From assembly GCA_963422735.1 (NCBI GenBank), contig OY730476.1, positions 4,256,001 to 4,320,000 on the forward strand: 64,000 bases of DNA. Reading direction: 5' to 3'. A program made the position numbers and the translations under genes. The notes beneath the pieces were generated by a model. It was not told the DNA's origin. It was given only the letters and a program-made list of their open reading frames with translations, and searched no databases. The stretch comes from Candidatus Latescibacterota bacterium. GTDB lineage: Bacteria > Latescibacterota > UBA2968 > UBA8231. Positions 18,924 to 28,441 of the stretch are shown here, piece by piece. Each line of letters starts with the position of its first letter. Positions within the stretch are counted from its first letter, which is position 1.

Positions 18924-20210
18924 ATGCGCCTCGCCTATATCACGGCCGGTGCCGCTGGCATGTACTGCGGTAGCTGCATCCACGACAACGCGCTCGCAGC
19001 CGCCCTTGTGCGCCGCGATGCCGATGTCGCCCTCATCCCGACTTATACGCCGCTGCGCACGGACGAAGAAAACGTCTCGCTCGACCGCGTCTTCTACGGC
19101 GGCGTTAACATCTTCCTGCAACAGCAGTGGTCGTTTTTTCGCCGTACGCACCGCTTCTTCGACCGCGTCCTCGACTCCCCGCTCCTGATCCGCACCCTCG
19201 CGCGCTTTGGCTCCTCTACCAATGCCCGCACGCTAGGCCCGCTCACCGTCTCGATCCTCGCCGGCGAGGAGGGGAACCAACAAAAGGAGCTCACCCGCCT
19301 CGTCGCCTATCTCCAGCGCGACTTCAAACCCGACCTCATCGAGCTAACCAACGCCATGTTTGTCGGCATGGCCCGGCAATTGAAAGCACAACTAGGCATC
19401 CCCGTCCTCTGCGCCCTCCAGGGCGAGGACCTGTTCTTAGACGGCCTGCCCGACCCCTATAAGACCCAAGCCCTGAACACTCTGCGCCAACGCGCCGAGG
19501 ACATCGACGCCTTCATTGCCCCGTGTGCGTATTACCAAGAGTACATGGCCGAATACCTGCAGGTGCCGCGCACAAAAATCCACGTGGTGCCGCTCGGCCT
19601 CAATTTGACCGGACACGGGCAAGTGCCACCGCCGCCTGCCGATGGCCCCTACAAAATCGGCTACCTCGCCCGCATCTGCCCGGAAAAGGGCTTTCACCTG
19701 CTCGTCGAAGCCTTCCAGCAGTTAAAAGAGCAGCCCGAATTTGCCTCTCTGCGCCTCGAAGCCGCTGGCTACCTCAGTACTTATGACAAGCCTTACTTGG
19801 CTGAACAGGTACAAAAAATCCGCCGCTGGGGGCTAGCCGACTCGTTCACCTATCACGGCGAAGTCGATCGCCGCGAAAAAATCCGCTTGCTCTCCTCTTT
19901 CCACGTCTTCTCCGTGCCTTCGATTTACGCCGATCCCAAGGGTCTGTCGGTTCTCGAAGCCTTAGCCAACGGCATCCCGGTCATCCAGCCCAACCACGGC
20001 GCGTTCCCCGAGCTGATCGCAGCTACCGGCGGCGGTCTCCTCGTCGAACCCCATTCCCCGGTGGCCCTAGCCAACCAGCTTGCCGCATTGCTGCGCGACG
20101 AAAAGCGCCGACGCCAGCTTGGACAAACCGGCCAAGAGGCGGTCCACAGTCGCTTCCACGCCGACGCCATGGCCGCGGGGACGCTCGCCGTGTACGAGCG
20201 GTATATGTAG
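18924..20210 (+). CDS. Glycosyltransferase family 4 (GT-B)
   Basis: GYLARICPEKG, DPKGLSVLEALANGIPVI, HGAFPELI; N-terminal MYCGSC. Confidence 0.9.
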   Translation: MRLAYITAGAAGMYCGSCIHDNALAAALVRRDADVALIPTYTPLRTDEENVSLDRVFYGGVNIFLQQQWSFFRRTHRFFDRVLDSPLLIRTLARFGSSTNARTLGPLTVSILAGEEGNQQKELTRLVAYLQRDFKPDLIELTNAMFVGMARQLKAQLGIPVLCALQGEDLFLDGLPDPYKTQALNTLRQRAEDIDAFIAPCAYYQEYMAEYLQVPRTKIHVVPLGLNLTGHGQVPPPPADGPYKIGYLARICPEKGFHLLVEAFQQLKEQPEFASLRLEAAGYLSTYDKPYLAEQVQKIRRWGLADSFTYHGEVDRREKIRLLSSFHVFSVPSIYADPKGLSVLEALANGIPVIQPNHGAFPELIAATGGGLLVEPHSPVALANQLAALLRDEKRRRQLGQTGQEAVHSRFHADAMAAGTLAVYERYM

Positions 20211-20224
20211 AAAGGATTATCTCC

Positions 20225-20695
20225 ATGAATTGGCTCGTCTTCGCCCTCCTCACCGTCGCTAGCTGGGGCCTCTATGGCGTCCTGCTACACACGGGTCAGA
20301 TCGCCATGAGCGACCCGGTAAACGGTCGTTACAAAGCCTTCCTTTTCGTCGGTTTGGCCTACTTGCTCACCGCGGTCTTCGGCTCCCTGATCGTCCTAGC
20401 CTACAACGGCGCGAGCTGGCTCTACCCGGCCAAGGGCGTCTTCTGGTCCACTGCCGCCGGCATGGCCGGAGCCATCGGCGCGTTGGGCGTCCTGCTTGCC
20501 TTCGGCGCTAAGGGGACGCCGGCCGTGGTCATGTCCATCGTCTTTGCCGGGGCCCCCATCGTCAATGCGGTCGTCGCCGCGCTCGTGCATCCGCCCGCTG
20601 GCGGCTGGGCAGCCGTGCGTTGGCCCTTTGTCCTCGGCATCATTTTGGCGGCCTTGGGCGGCTGCTTGGTCACCTTCTTCCGCCCAGGGAACTGA
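20225..20695 (+). CDS. Small hydrophobic membrane protein, EamA/DMT-like
   Basis: About 5 TM helices, WGLYG and Gly/Ala-rich helices; AAGGA RBS. Confidence 0.7.
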   Translation: MNWLVFALLTVASWGLYGVLLHTGQIAMSDPVNGRYKAFLFVGLAYLLTAVFGSLIVLAYNGASWLYPAKGVFWSTAAGMAGAIGALGVLLAFGAKGTPAVVMSIVFAGAPIVNAVVAALVHPPAGGWAAVRWPFVLGIILAALGGCLVTFFRPGN

Positions 20696-20696
20696 C

Positions 20697-21113
20697 TTGT
20701 CTGCCGCGTTCTGCACCCGCCGCCGCGTCGAGTGGGCCGATACCGATCAGGCCGGCATCGTCCACTTCGCGCGCTTCTTCGTCTTCATGGAGGCCGCCGA
20801 GCACGCTTTCTGGCGCAACCTCGGCCTGAGCGTCCACAGCCAACGCGATGGCGACATCATTAGCTGGCCCCGCCTCGTCGCCGAATGCGAGTACTTCCGC
20901 CCCGTCTCCTTTGAAGATGTCCTCGACATCCATCTACACCTCGACAGGCAAGGCGAGAAGTCCCTCAGCTTTCGCTTCGACTTCCACTGCGGTGGCGAGC
21001 AGATAGCCCAAGGCCTGCTCAAGGTCGCCTGCTGCGTCTGCAATCCGGGCGAGGCCATCCGCGCCATCCCAATCCCGGGCTTTATCACCCGCAAGCTGGC
21101 GGCGCACCCATGA
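20697..21113 (+). CDS. Hot-dog acyl-CoA thioesterase (4HBT/YbgC family)
   Basis: RRVEWADTDQAGIVHFARFF..MEAAE; TTG start at 20697. Confidence 0.88.
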   Translation: MSAAFCTRRRVEWADTDQAGIVHFARFFVFMEAAEHAFWRNLGLSVHSQRDGDIISWPRLVAECEYFRPVSFEDVLDIHLHLDRQGEKSLSFRFDFHCGGEQIAQGLLKVACCVCNPGEAIRAIPIPGFITRKLAAHP

Positions 21114-21787
21114 ACGCGGCCCCGGCCCTCGCCGCAGCCGACATCTGCAAACACTTCGCCCTCGGCGACCAGACCGTCGAAGTGTTGCGCGGCGTCTCGC
21201 TCCGCGCCGAGGAGGGTCAGTCCTTGGCGCTTATCGGTCCGTCCGGCTCGGGCAAGAGCACCTTACTGCATCTGCTCGGCACCCTCGAACCGCCTACCTC
21301 GGGCCAGATCGCCATCGGCGGCCAAGACCCACGCTACCTTCCCGAACCTCAACTCGCTCGCTTCCGCAACCAGCACATCGGCTTCGTCTTCCAAAACCAC
21401 CACCTGCTGCCCCAGTACTCGGCCCTCGAAAACGCCTTAATCCCCACCCTCGCCTTTCCCCAGGCCGATCGGCGCGAGCGCGCCCGCAATCTTTTGACCG
21501 CCGTCGGTCTAGCAGAGCGCTTGCACCATCGCCCCGCCGAGCTGTCCGGCGGCGAGTGCCAGCGCGTGGCTGTAGCGCGCGCCTTGATCAACCAGCCCGG
21601 TCTTTTGCTCTGCGACGAGCCTACCGGCAGCCTCGATCGCCAGACGGCCGCTACCGTCGCCGACCTGCTCTTTGCGCTGCACAGCGCCGAACAAGCCGCC
21701 CTCGTCATCGCAACCCACGATCTCGAACTAGCTGCGCGCTGCGACCGCCGCCTGCATCTGCGCGAGGGGACGTGCGTCGAAGCCTGA
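21110..21787 (+). CDS. ABC transporter ATP-binding protein (LolD/MacB-type)
   Basis: GPSGSGKST, IGFVFQ, LSGGECQRVAVARAL, CDEPTGSLD, ATHD. Confidence 0.95.
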   Translation: MNAAPALAAADICKHFALGDQTVEVLRGVSLRAEEGQSLALIGPSGSGKSTLLHLLGTLEPPTSGQIAIGGQDPRYLPEPQLARFRNQHIGFVFQNHHLLPQYSALENALIPTLAFPQADRRERARNLLTAVGLAERLHHRPAELSGGECQRVAVARALINQPGLLLCDEPTGSLDRQTAATVADLLFALHSAEQAALVIATHDLELAARCDRRLHLREGTCVEA

Positions 21788-24700
21788 TCTACTACTGGCG
21801 GGTTCACGTAGGGCTGCTGCTGGGGACCGCTGTCGCCACAACCGCCCTGACCGGTGCACTCCTAGTCGGCGACTCCATGCGCGGCAGTCTGCGCGACTTG
21901 GCTTTAGAGCGCCTAGGCCGCATCGATTATGCGCTGCTTGCCGCACACTTCTTCCGCAGCGACGTGGCCACCGCGCTGCCTGGGGGCCACGCGCCGGCTA
22001 TCCTCCTCAACGGCAGTGCCCGTCACGCCGCGACCCAAGCGCTCGCCTCTGGCGTACAGATCCAAGGCATTGACGCCCGCTTCGCCGCTCTCTTTCCCCA
22101 AGACGGCCCCGCCTTGCGCGACTCCCTCGAGCCAACGGCTGGCCAGCCGTTTCCCTCGCTCGTCGTCAGCGCCTCGCTGCAACGCGCCCTCGGCCTTGAG
22201 CTAGGCGACTCGGTACTGCTCTCACTGGAACAACCCAGCTCAACCCACCGCGAATCTCTCTTTGGCCGCCGAGCTACCGGCGATATTATCACCACCCTGC
22301 GCGTGATGCTCACGGGCGTCTTGCCCGACAGTGGGGCGGGGCGCTTCGGCCTGCGACCGCACCAGCATCTGCCGCTCAACGCCTACCTCGATCTCCAAGC
22401 CCTCCAGCGCGCCCTCGGCCAACAGGATCAGGTCAACGCCCTGCTCATCGCCGCGCTCAACAGTCGGCACCAAGACCTGCAACACGCCCTCGCCCAAAGC
22501 CTAACTCTCGCCGACCATACGCTGGACCTCGCGCTGCACTCCGACTACATCGAGCTCACTAGCACCCGATTTGTCCTTGACGACTCGACTCTCACCGCTG
22601 CCTTGGCAAGCGCGGCCGCCCAACAACTTAAAACCGCGACCTTTTCGACCTATCTGGCCAACGCCATTATGGGCAATGGTCGCCAAGTTCCTTACTCAAC
22701 TGTTACCGCCCTCGACGATCCCACCGGCCTCTACCTCGCCGACGGACGGGCCGCGCCACCCCTCGCCGCCGATGCCCTCTACCTCGACGCCTGGACGGCG
22801 CGCGAACTAGCCGCCGCCCCCGGCGACTCGATCTCCCTGACCTATTACGTCGTTGGCCCGCGCCAAGCACTGCAAACCGAGCAGGCTCACTTCCACCTCC
22901 AAGGGATTGTGCAGATGCGCGGCCTAGCCATTGATCCGACCCTGACGCCTGCCTATCCGGGGTTGCAGGAAGAAGGCGATATGGCTGCTTGGGATGCGCC
23001 CTTCCCCATCGACATGGGGCAAATCCGCCCACAGGACGAAGCCTACTGGGATCAGTACGGAGCCGCGCCCAAAGCCTTCGTCGCGGCCCATACAGGCCAG
23101 CGTCTCTGGGGCAGCCGCCACGGCGCGCTGACCGCCATCCGCTTCTATCCTCCCTCGCCCGCCCAGTACGAGAGTCTGCGCCAAAACCTGCTAGCGCGCC
23201 TGTCTCCGGCGGCCGACTTCTCCTTGCGCCCTGTCCGCCAAGAAGCTCTGCGGGCCGCGACTGGGGCCACGGACTTCAGCGGCCTCTTTATTGGCTTCAG
23301 TCTCTTCCTCATCGCCGCCGCCGCGCTACTAGTGGTTCTACTGTGCAAGTTCGGCCTCGAACAACGCGCACGCGAAGCGGGGCTGCTGCTCGCCACCGGC
23401 TACCCCCTCTCCGCCGTGAGCCGGCGCTTCTTGGGCGAGGGCATTGCCTTGGCCGCACTGGGGGCGCTACTCGGCCTACCCGGTGCTCCGCTCTACGCCT
23501 ATCTGATGCTAGTCGGCTTGCACACTTGGTGGTTGGAGGCTATCGGTACGCCCTTCCTCCATCTCCACGTCGGCTGGCTGAGCGTAGGGTTGGGCTATCT
23601 ATCCACCCTGCTGCTGGTCTCGCTGGCGCTGTGGCGCACCGTGCAGCGCTTCCATCGGCTGCCCGTCCGCGCCCTGCTCGCCGGTGCCCTCGACACCGCG
23701 CCGCGTCGCCCGCGTCGCCGCAGTGCTGTCCTCGCCGCGTTCGGTTTGGCCTTAGCTTTCGCCTTGAGCACTCTCGCTGGCACAGCCGACGCAGCCACGG
23801 CTGCCGCGCTTTTCTTGGGCAGCGGCACCGCAGCCCTTTTGGCCCTATTGGCCCTGTTCGCGGCATGGTTGCGCGCTCCGACATCGGGGCACCTCAGCGC
23901 TAGCCTCGGCTTGGGTCTTCTCAACAGCGCCCGCAAGCCGAGCCGCAGCACCCTCTGCACGTCCCTCGTGGCCTGCGCCACCTTTGTCATCGTCGCCACT
24001 GGGGCCCATCGACGAGTCGAGTGGCCAGACGATCCTAGTACGGGCGGCTTCTCGCTCGTCGCCGAGGCAGAAATTCCCCTGCACCAAGACCTTAATAGCG
24101 CGGACGGTCGCTTTGAATTGGGGCTATCAACAGGCTTGGAGGCCGTGCGCTTTTTTCCCTTCCGCGTCCTGCCCGGCGACGATGTGAGCTGCCTCAACCT
24201 CTATCTGCCCCAGACCCCGCGCATCCTCGGTGCATCGGCCGAGTTCGTCCAGCGCGGCGGCTTGCCATTCCGGCAGACCCTCGCCCTAATGCCGGACGAG
24301 CGCACCAATCCTTGGCGGTTGCTCCAGCGCGATTTGGGTCCAGGCATCATCCCGGCCATCGGCGATTTTCATTCGGCGCAGTGGATTTTGCACAAGCGTC
24401 TAGGCGACGACATCCCGATTGCGGAAAGCTTGACCCTGCGGTTGGTCGGGTTGTTGGACGGCAGCCTGCTCCAGAGTGAATTGCTCATTGCCGAGGATCG
24501 CTTCGCCGCGCACTTCCCCGAACGCGAAGGCTATGGATACTTCCTAGTCGAAACGGAAAAACCAGCAGCCGTCGCCGCCGCACTCGAAAAAAGGCTAGCG
24601 GCCTACGGCCTCGACGCCACTCTAAGTACCGAGCGCCTCCGAGGTTACCGCGCCGTCGAAAACACGTACCTAGCGACCTTTCAGACGCTGGGCTTGCTCG

Positions 24701-25041
24701 GGCTGCTTTTGGGGACTCTCGGTTTGGGGATCCTCATCCTGCGCAACGTCCTCGAGCGCAGTGGCGAATTGGCGGCCTTGAGCGCCTGTGGCTTTCGCCG
24801 CGCCCGCCTAGGGGCGATGCTGCTCTACGAGCACGGCTTCCTCCTGCTAGCGGGCGAAGGGATAGGCAGCGTCGCCGCCCTCATCGCCGTGGCCCCCCGC
24901 CTCTTTGACCCCGCGCCTTTGCCTTGGGCCTCGCTCGGCACCTCGCTCGGCTTGGTCTTTGCAGCTGGCTTGTTGGCGTGTGCTGCCGCCGCGCACTTGG
25001 CCTTGCGTCGCTCCCTGCTGGCGGCCCTCAAGGCCGAGTGA
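21772..25041 (+). CDS. Large FtsX/MacB-type ABC permease (~1089 aa, duplicated architecture)
   Basis: GTG 21772 (VRRSLIYYWR). Two FtsX-like C motifs (EQRAREAGLLLATG; LERSGELAALSACGF) and two large periplasmic segments. Confidence 0.88.
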   Translation: MRRSLIYYWRVHVGLLLGTAVATTALTGALLVGDSMRGSLRDLALERLGRIDYALLAAHFFRSDVATALPGGHAPAILLNGSARHAATQALASGVQIQGIDARFAALFPQDGPALRDSLEPTAGQPFPSLVVSASLQRALGLELGDSVLLSLEQPSSTHRESLFGRRATGDIITTLRVMLTGVLPDSGAGRFGLRPHQHLPLNAYLDLQALQRALGQQDQVNALLIAALNSRHQDLQHALAQSLTLADHTLDLALHSDYIELTSTRFVLDDSTLTAALASAAAQQLKTATFSTYLANAIMGNGRQVPYSTVTALDDPTGLYLADGRAAPPLAADALYLDAWTARELAAAPGDSISLTYYVVGPRQALQTEQAHFHLQGIVQMRGLAIDPTLTPAYPGLQEEGDMAAWDAPFPIDMGQIRPQDEAYWDQYGAAPKAFVAAHTGQRLWGSRHGALTAIRFYPPSPAQYESLRQNLLARLSPAADFSLRPVRQEALRAATGATDFSGLFIGFSLFLIAAAALLVVLLCKFGLEQRAREAGLLLATGYPLSAVSRRFLGEGIALAALGALLGLPGAPLYAYLMLVGLHTWWLEAIGTPFLHLHVGWLSVGLGYLSTLLLVSLALWRTVQRFHRLPVRALLAGALDTAPRRPRRRSAVLAAFGLALAFALSTLAGTADAATAAALFLGSGTAALLALLALFAAWLRAPTSGHLSASLGLGLLNSARKPSRSTLCTSLVACATFVIVATGAHRRVEWPDDPSTGGFSLVAEAEIPLHQDLNSADGRFELGLSTGLEAVRFFPFRVLPGDDVSCLNLYLPQTPRILGASAEFVQRGGLPFRQTLALMPDERTNPWRLLQRDLGPGIIPAIGDFHSAQWILHKRLGDDIPIAESLTLRLVGLLDGSLLQSELLIAEDRFAAHFPEREGYGYFLVETEKPAAVAAALEKRLAAYGLDATLSTERLRGYRAVENTYLATFQTLGLLGLLLGTLGLGILILRNVLERSGELAALSACGFRRARLGAMLLYEHGFLLLAGEGIGSVAALIAVAPRLFDPAPLPWASLGTSLGLVFAAGLLACAAAAHLALRRSLLAALKAE

Positions 25042-25047
25042 CCGGTG

Positions 25048-26328
25048 CTACTGGCCGATGCAGTACAGGTGCGACTCCGTCCGCAGGAAAATCCGTCCCC
25101 CGGCGATGGCTAGCGAAGACAGCGTATAGCCGCTGTCGAGTTCGTTGGTGGCCAGCACTTTGTACTCTGGTCCGGCCTGAAGCACAGTCGTTACTGCGTT
25201 TTCATTGACCACATAGAGCTTGCCGTCGGCCAGGACCGGCGAGGCACTGACCGACCCCTGTGCCGTGCGCTCCGGCCCCCACAGCACCGCGCCCGTCTTG
25301 GCGTCGAGACAGGTAGCCCGCCCTCGGTCATCAATCATGTAGAAATAGCTACCGTCGGTAGCAGCCGAGGGCACGTCTGGTCCTCCTGACCCTGTCCACT
25401 TCCAAGCCAAGTGGCTTGCGCTAACATCTCCCGTGCCACCAGCGCGGAAGGCTAGCACCGGATTGCGGCGACTAGTCGCGTACACCATCCCGGCAACCGC
25501 GACCGGCGACCCGACCACCCGGTAATTCCGCTCCTTGCCCGGATTCAAGCCGCCCGCCCGCCATACCTCCTCGCCGGTGGCCGGATCGTGCCCGGTGAGG
25601 TAGTTGCCGCCGGAGACGATGATTTGCGTCTGGCCGTCGTGCTCAAGTACCACGGGCGTGGTATAGGCATCCGGCGATTCGCCCACTGCGTCGGTTGGCC
25701 GCTCCCGCCGCCACGCGACTTCGCCGGTGGCCGCGTCAAAGGCGATCAGGTAGGAAGGGTCGTCCGTGTTCATTCCGTGCAGGACCTCGACGAAGAGCTT
25801 GCCGTCGTGGAGCAAGGGCGAGGAGGCGTAGCCCCACATCAGGCCGAAGGGGCCGTGCTCGGCCTGCAAGTCGTAGTGCCACAATTCCTCACCGGTCATG
25901 TCAAAGGCCCGGATCATCCCCGTGCCCGTAACGGCCAGTACGCGCTCGCCGTCCGTGACCGGCGAAGGCGAGGTGTTGTTGTGCTTGCGCCAATAGGCAT
26001 TGCCCTCGGCGAGGGTCCGCTGCCACAACACGCTACCCTCGGCTGTTGACAGGCAACCCAAAAGCAGTTTTTCGCCGCCCTGGGTCTCCTCGCCCGTATT
26101 GGGCGACGTCAAAAAGATCCGCTCGCCCCACACCACCGGCGTACTCCCGCTCCAAGAAGGCAGTTTCTTGCTCCAAACCACATTCTCGCTCGCACTCCAA
26201 GTCGTCGGCAGGCCTACGGCCTTGCTGACGCCGTTGTGGTTGGGGCCGCGCCACTGGGGCCAGTACTCCTCGGCACCAGCGCGTAAAGCGGTCAAAAGCA
26301 GCAGTGAGACGAGTATGTACTTTTTCAT
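25048..26328 (-). CDS. Secreted PQQ-binding-like beta-propeller (WPQWRGP family)
   Basis: MKKYIL signal peptide, WPQWRGPNHNG, SPSPVTDG, YASSP, SASPVLADG. Confidence 0.9.
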   Translation of the reverse strand: MKKYILVSLLLLTALRAGAEEYWPQWRGPNHNGVSKAVGLPTTWSASENVVWSKKLPSWSGSTPVVWGERIFLTSPNTGEETQGGEKLLLGCLSTAEGSVLWQRTLAEGNAYWRKHNNTSPSPVTDGERVLAVTGTGMIRAFDMTGEELWHYDLQAEHGPFGLMWGYASSPLLHDGKLFVEVLHGMNTDDPSYLIAFDAATGEVAWRRERPTDAVGESPDAYTTPVVLEHDGQTQIIVSGGNYLTGHDPATGEEVWRAGGLNPGKERNYRVVGSPVAVAGMVYATSRRNPVLAFRAGGTGDVSASHLAWKWTGSGGPDVPSAATDGSYFYMIDDRGRATCLDAKTGAVLWGPERTAQGSVSASPVLADGKLYVVNENAVTTVLQAGPEYKVLATNELDSGYTLSSLAIAGGRIFLRTESHLYCIGQ

Positions 26329-26401
26329 GGTTTGCTCCTATCCTTTGTCGGCCTAGAATAACGTAGTACTCATGGTCCATAGCTATGGAGTGGGGCCACA
26401 A

Positions 26402-27388
26402 TCAGTAGTAGCCTTGTATTCGCCGCAACTTGTTGGCTCTCCCAATGAGTTCAGGATCGGGCCAATTCGCTCTATTGGCCGGCAAGTGTATCTGAGAATC
26501 CAAATAACCACGCAGATCGTCAAGGCCGCCTTCGAGCCGCTGACTTTTTAATTCATCTACTTTCTTTTCATTGAGCCGCATATAGTATTTTCTATCGAGG
26601 TAAATCAAGCTGTTGTCATAAGCGCGATGTATAGTTGGAGACAGTGCTATACCATTAGAAACATCATCTGTCCCTTGGGTCTCTATTGGTACAATATGGG
26701 CAGCATCGACGAGGTTTAGTTGTGCTCTCGTAACCGCACAGCGGCTACCATAAGCATCCATAACTTGCCGACGAAAACTCGACTCGCGCGCATAGCGGCT
26801 TACCGATTCAACGATTCTCCGCCGCTCTTGCGGCAGCGGCACCATCTCTTGCGGCCTTATTTCCTCCAACTGAGCGGCCTTTAGTAAGAGGGTATATGTC
26901 GAAATATCTCCTCCGTGCTGATGCAGAGAGATGGCGTTAAACACGTAATTCAGAAATTGATCGGGACGAATTCCAACGGCTATTTCTTGGTTATCTTTCC
27001 GGGAAAAGGCCAAGCCGTCTCTAACAGCCGTATGAATAGCTTCTATATCGACCTGAACGGAAGGCGAACCTACTGTAAATGTGCGATGCTATATCAAAGC
27101 CCGCAAACATATCGCTCTCATTGTAATAACCTAGCAAAACAGTATGGCCGCTTGGATTGATCGGCAATGGAGAGGAAACCGAGGTCATCTGAATTCTGTA
27201 TTCGTCTGGTAAAGATCGCCGACCGCCAATAGATAGACCCAAAGCGAAATTGTATCTTCTCCATATTGAATCAAGAATTCTCTGGGGTGAGTAGCCGGTC
27301 TTTTAGATACGTAGAAACCGCTACCACCCGACTTTTGTATGGCGCGTAGAACGGCATCGACGAGTTTGGCAGGAGAAACAGCAGGCAT
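26402..27388 (-). pseudogene. HNH restriction-type endonuclease broken by two frameshifts
   Basis: Three consecutive frames (27388-27185, 27242-27021, ~27080-26402) read as one protein. The last has FRRQVMDAY..CAVT...DAAHIVP...NGIALSPTIHRAYD. AT-richer than the flanks. Confidence 0.8.
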
Positions 27389-27394
27389 AGTTTC

Positions 27395-28393
27395 CTAAGT
27401 CGTCGTTTTCTTTTTGGGTCTTTTCTTGCCCCCATCGTCCGATAGGGCCTCTTCACTATCAGTGCCATTCCACATCGCAGCAGGATGGCAAAGGCTATAA
27501 GAAGACGCTTTCTTTTTAGTTCTATGTTTGGTCTCAAACCTAAAAAGACTGCCTTCGAGGTATTCTTTGACGAGATCACAGCAGAGCCATTTGCGCTTCA
27601 ATCGCTCGGCAACCTCTCTCGTCACACAGGATCCTGCTAAGGGGTCGAATACTAAGTCCCCTTTGTCAGTGAGCATTCTAATAAAGTACTCGGGCAATTC
27701 AGCAGGAAAGCGAGCGGGATGCGGTTTTATATCGTGCTCCTTGCAAAGTCGCAAGTAATTGGAGTTGCTCTCTGTATTGGGAATTGCAATGAGATTGGGC
27801 AGAATAGAAGCACCATTATCAACGTTAAATTTTTCACTAATATCGTGCCCACTCGGCCTCAGCTTAGCTCTATATCCACTTTTGAGTAATCTTTTCATTG
27901 AATTGCTATAGGGAACCAGAACTCGGCGATTGCTAGCTTTCGGCCAAGGGGTCGGCGAAAGCCACCAGACGCAATTAACCGCATCTTTAACTCGAATTCG
28001 CCGTATGTTTACCCACTCGGCAGGCGTAGGCAATTTTGAAGGATTCCACCAGAAGAATTCTTGGGCGAGATGAAAATCGAATTCCCGGCAAAGCATAATC
28101 AAAAGCTCATAGTGATAAAGCGAGCGAGTCGGCTGCCCCGGAGTCCAAGCGCCACCAATATCAATGACCAGAGAACCATTACCCTTGAGGATGCGTATAA
28201 ATTCTTTGGCAAATGGCCGAAACCAATCGAGGTATTGATCCGCATCGACATTGCCGTAGTCCTTTTTGCGAATCAATCCAAATGGCGGTGACGTCATGAT
28301 CAAATTGACGCTTTTATCCTCGATATCTACCATGAGATTGAACGCGTCGCCCAAGTATATTTTCCCTAAGTCGGTTTTGTGAAATAGTTCCAT
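27395..28393 (-). CDS. Site-specific DNA methyltransferase, beta class (N4-C/N6-A)
   Basis: TSPPF (motif IV) lies N-terminal to HPARFP and FDPLAGS (motif I); adjacent to the HNH gene. Confidence 0.92.
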   Translation of the reverse strand: MELFHKTDLGKIYLGDAFNLMVDIEDKSVNLIMTSPPFGLIRKKDYGNVDADQYLDWFRPFAKEFIRILKGNGSLVIDIGGAWTPGQPTRSLYHYELLIMLCREFDFHLAQEFFWWNPSKLPTPAEWVNIRRIRVKDAVNCVWWLSPTPWPKASNRRVLVPYSNSMKRLLKSGYRAKLRPSGHDISEKFNVDNGASILPNLIAIPNTESNSNYLRLCKEHDIKPHPARFPAELPEYFIRMLTDKGDLVFDPLAGSCVTREVAERLKRKWLCCDLVKEYLEGSLFRFETKHRTKKKASSYSLCHPAAMWNGTDSEEALSDDGGKKRPKKKTTT

Positions 28394-28441
28394 AATCTCA
28401 AATAATCTCCTGATTTGAGATGATAAATTAGGCTTCGCCTC

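Noticed and set aside
14478-21113. Aryl polyene/flexirubin or bmp bromophenol cluster
   Set aside because: No ketosynthase, ACP, chorismate lyase or P450 in the window.
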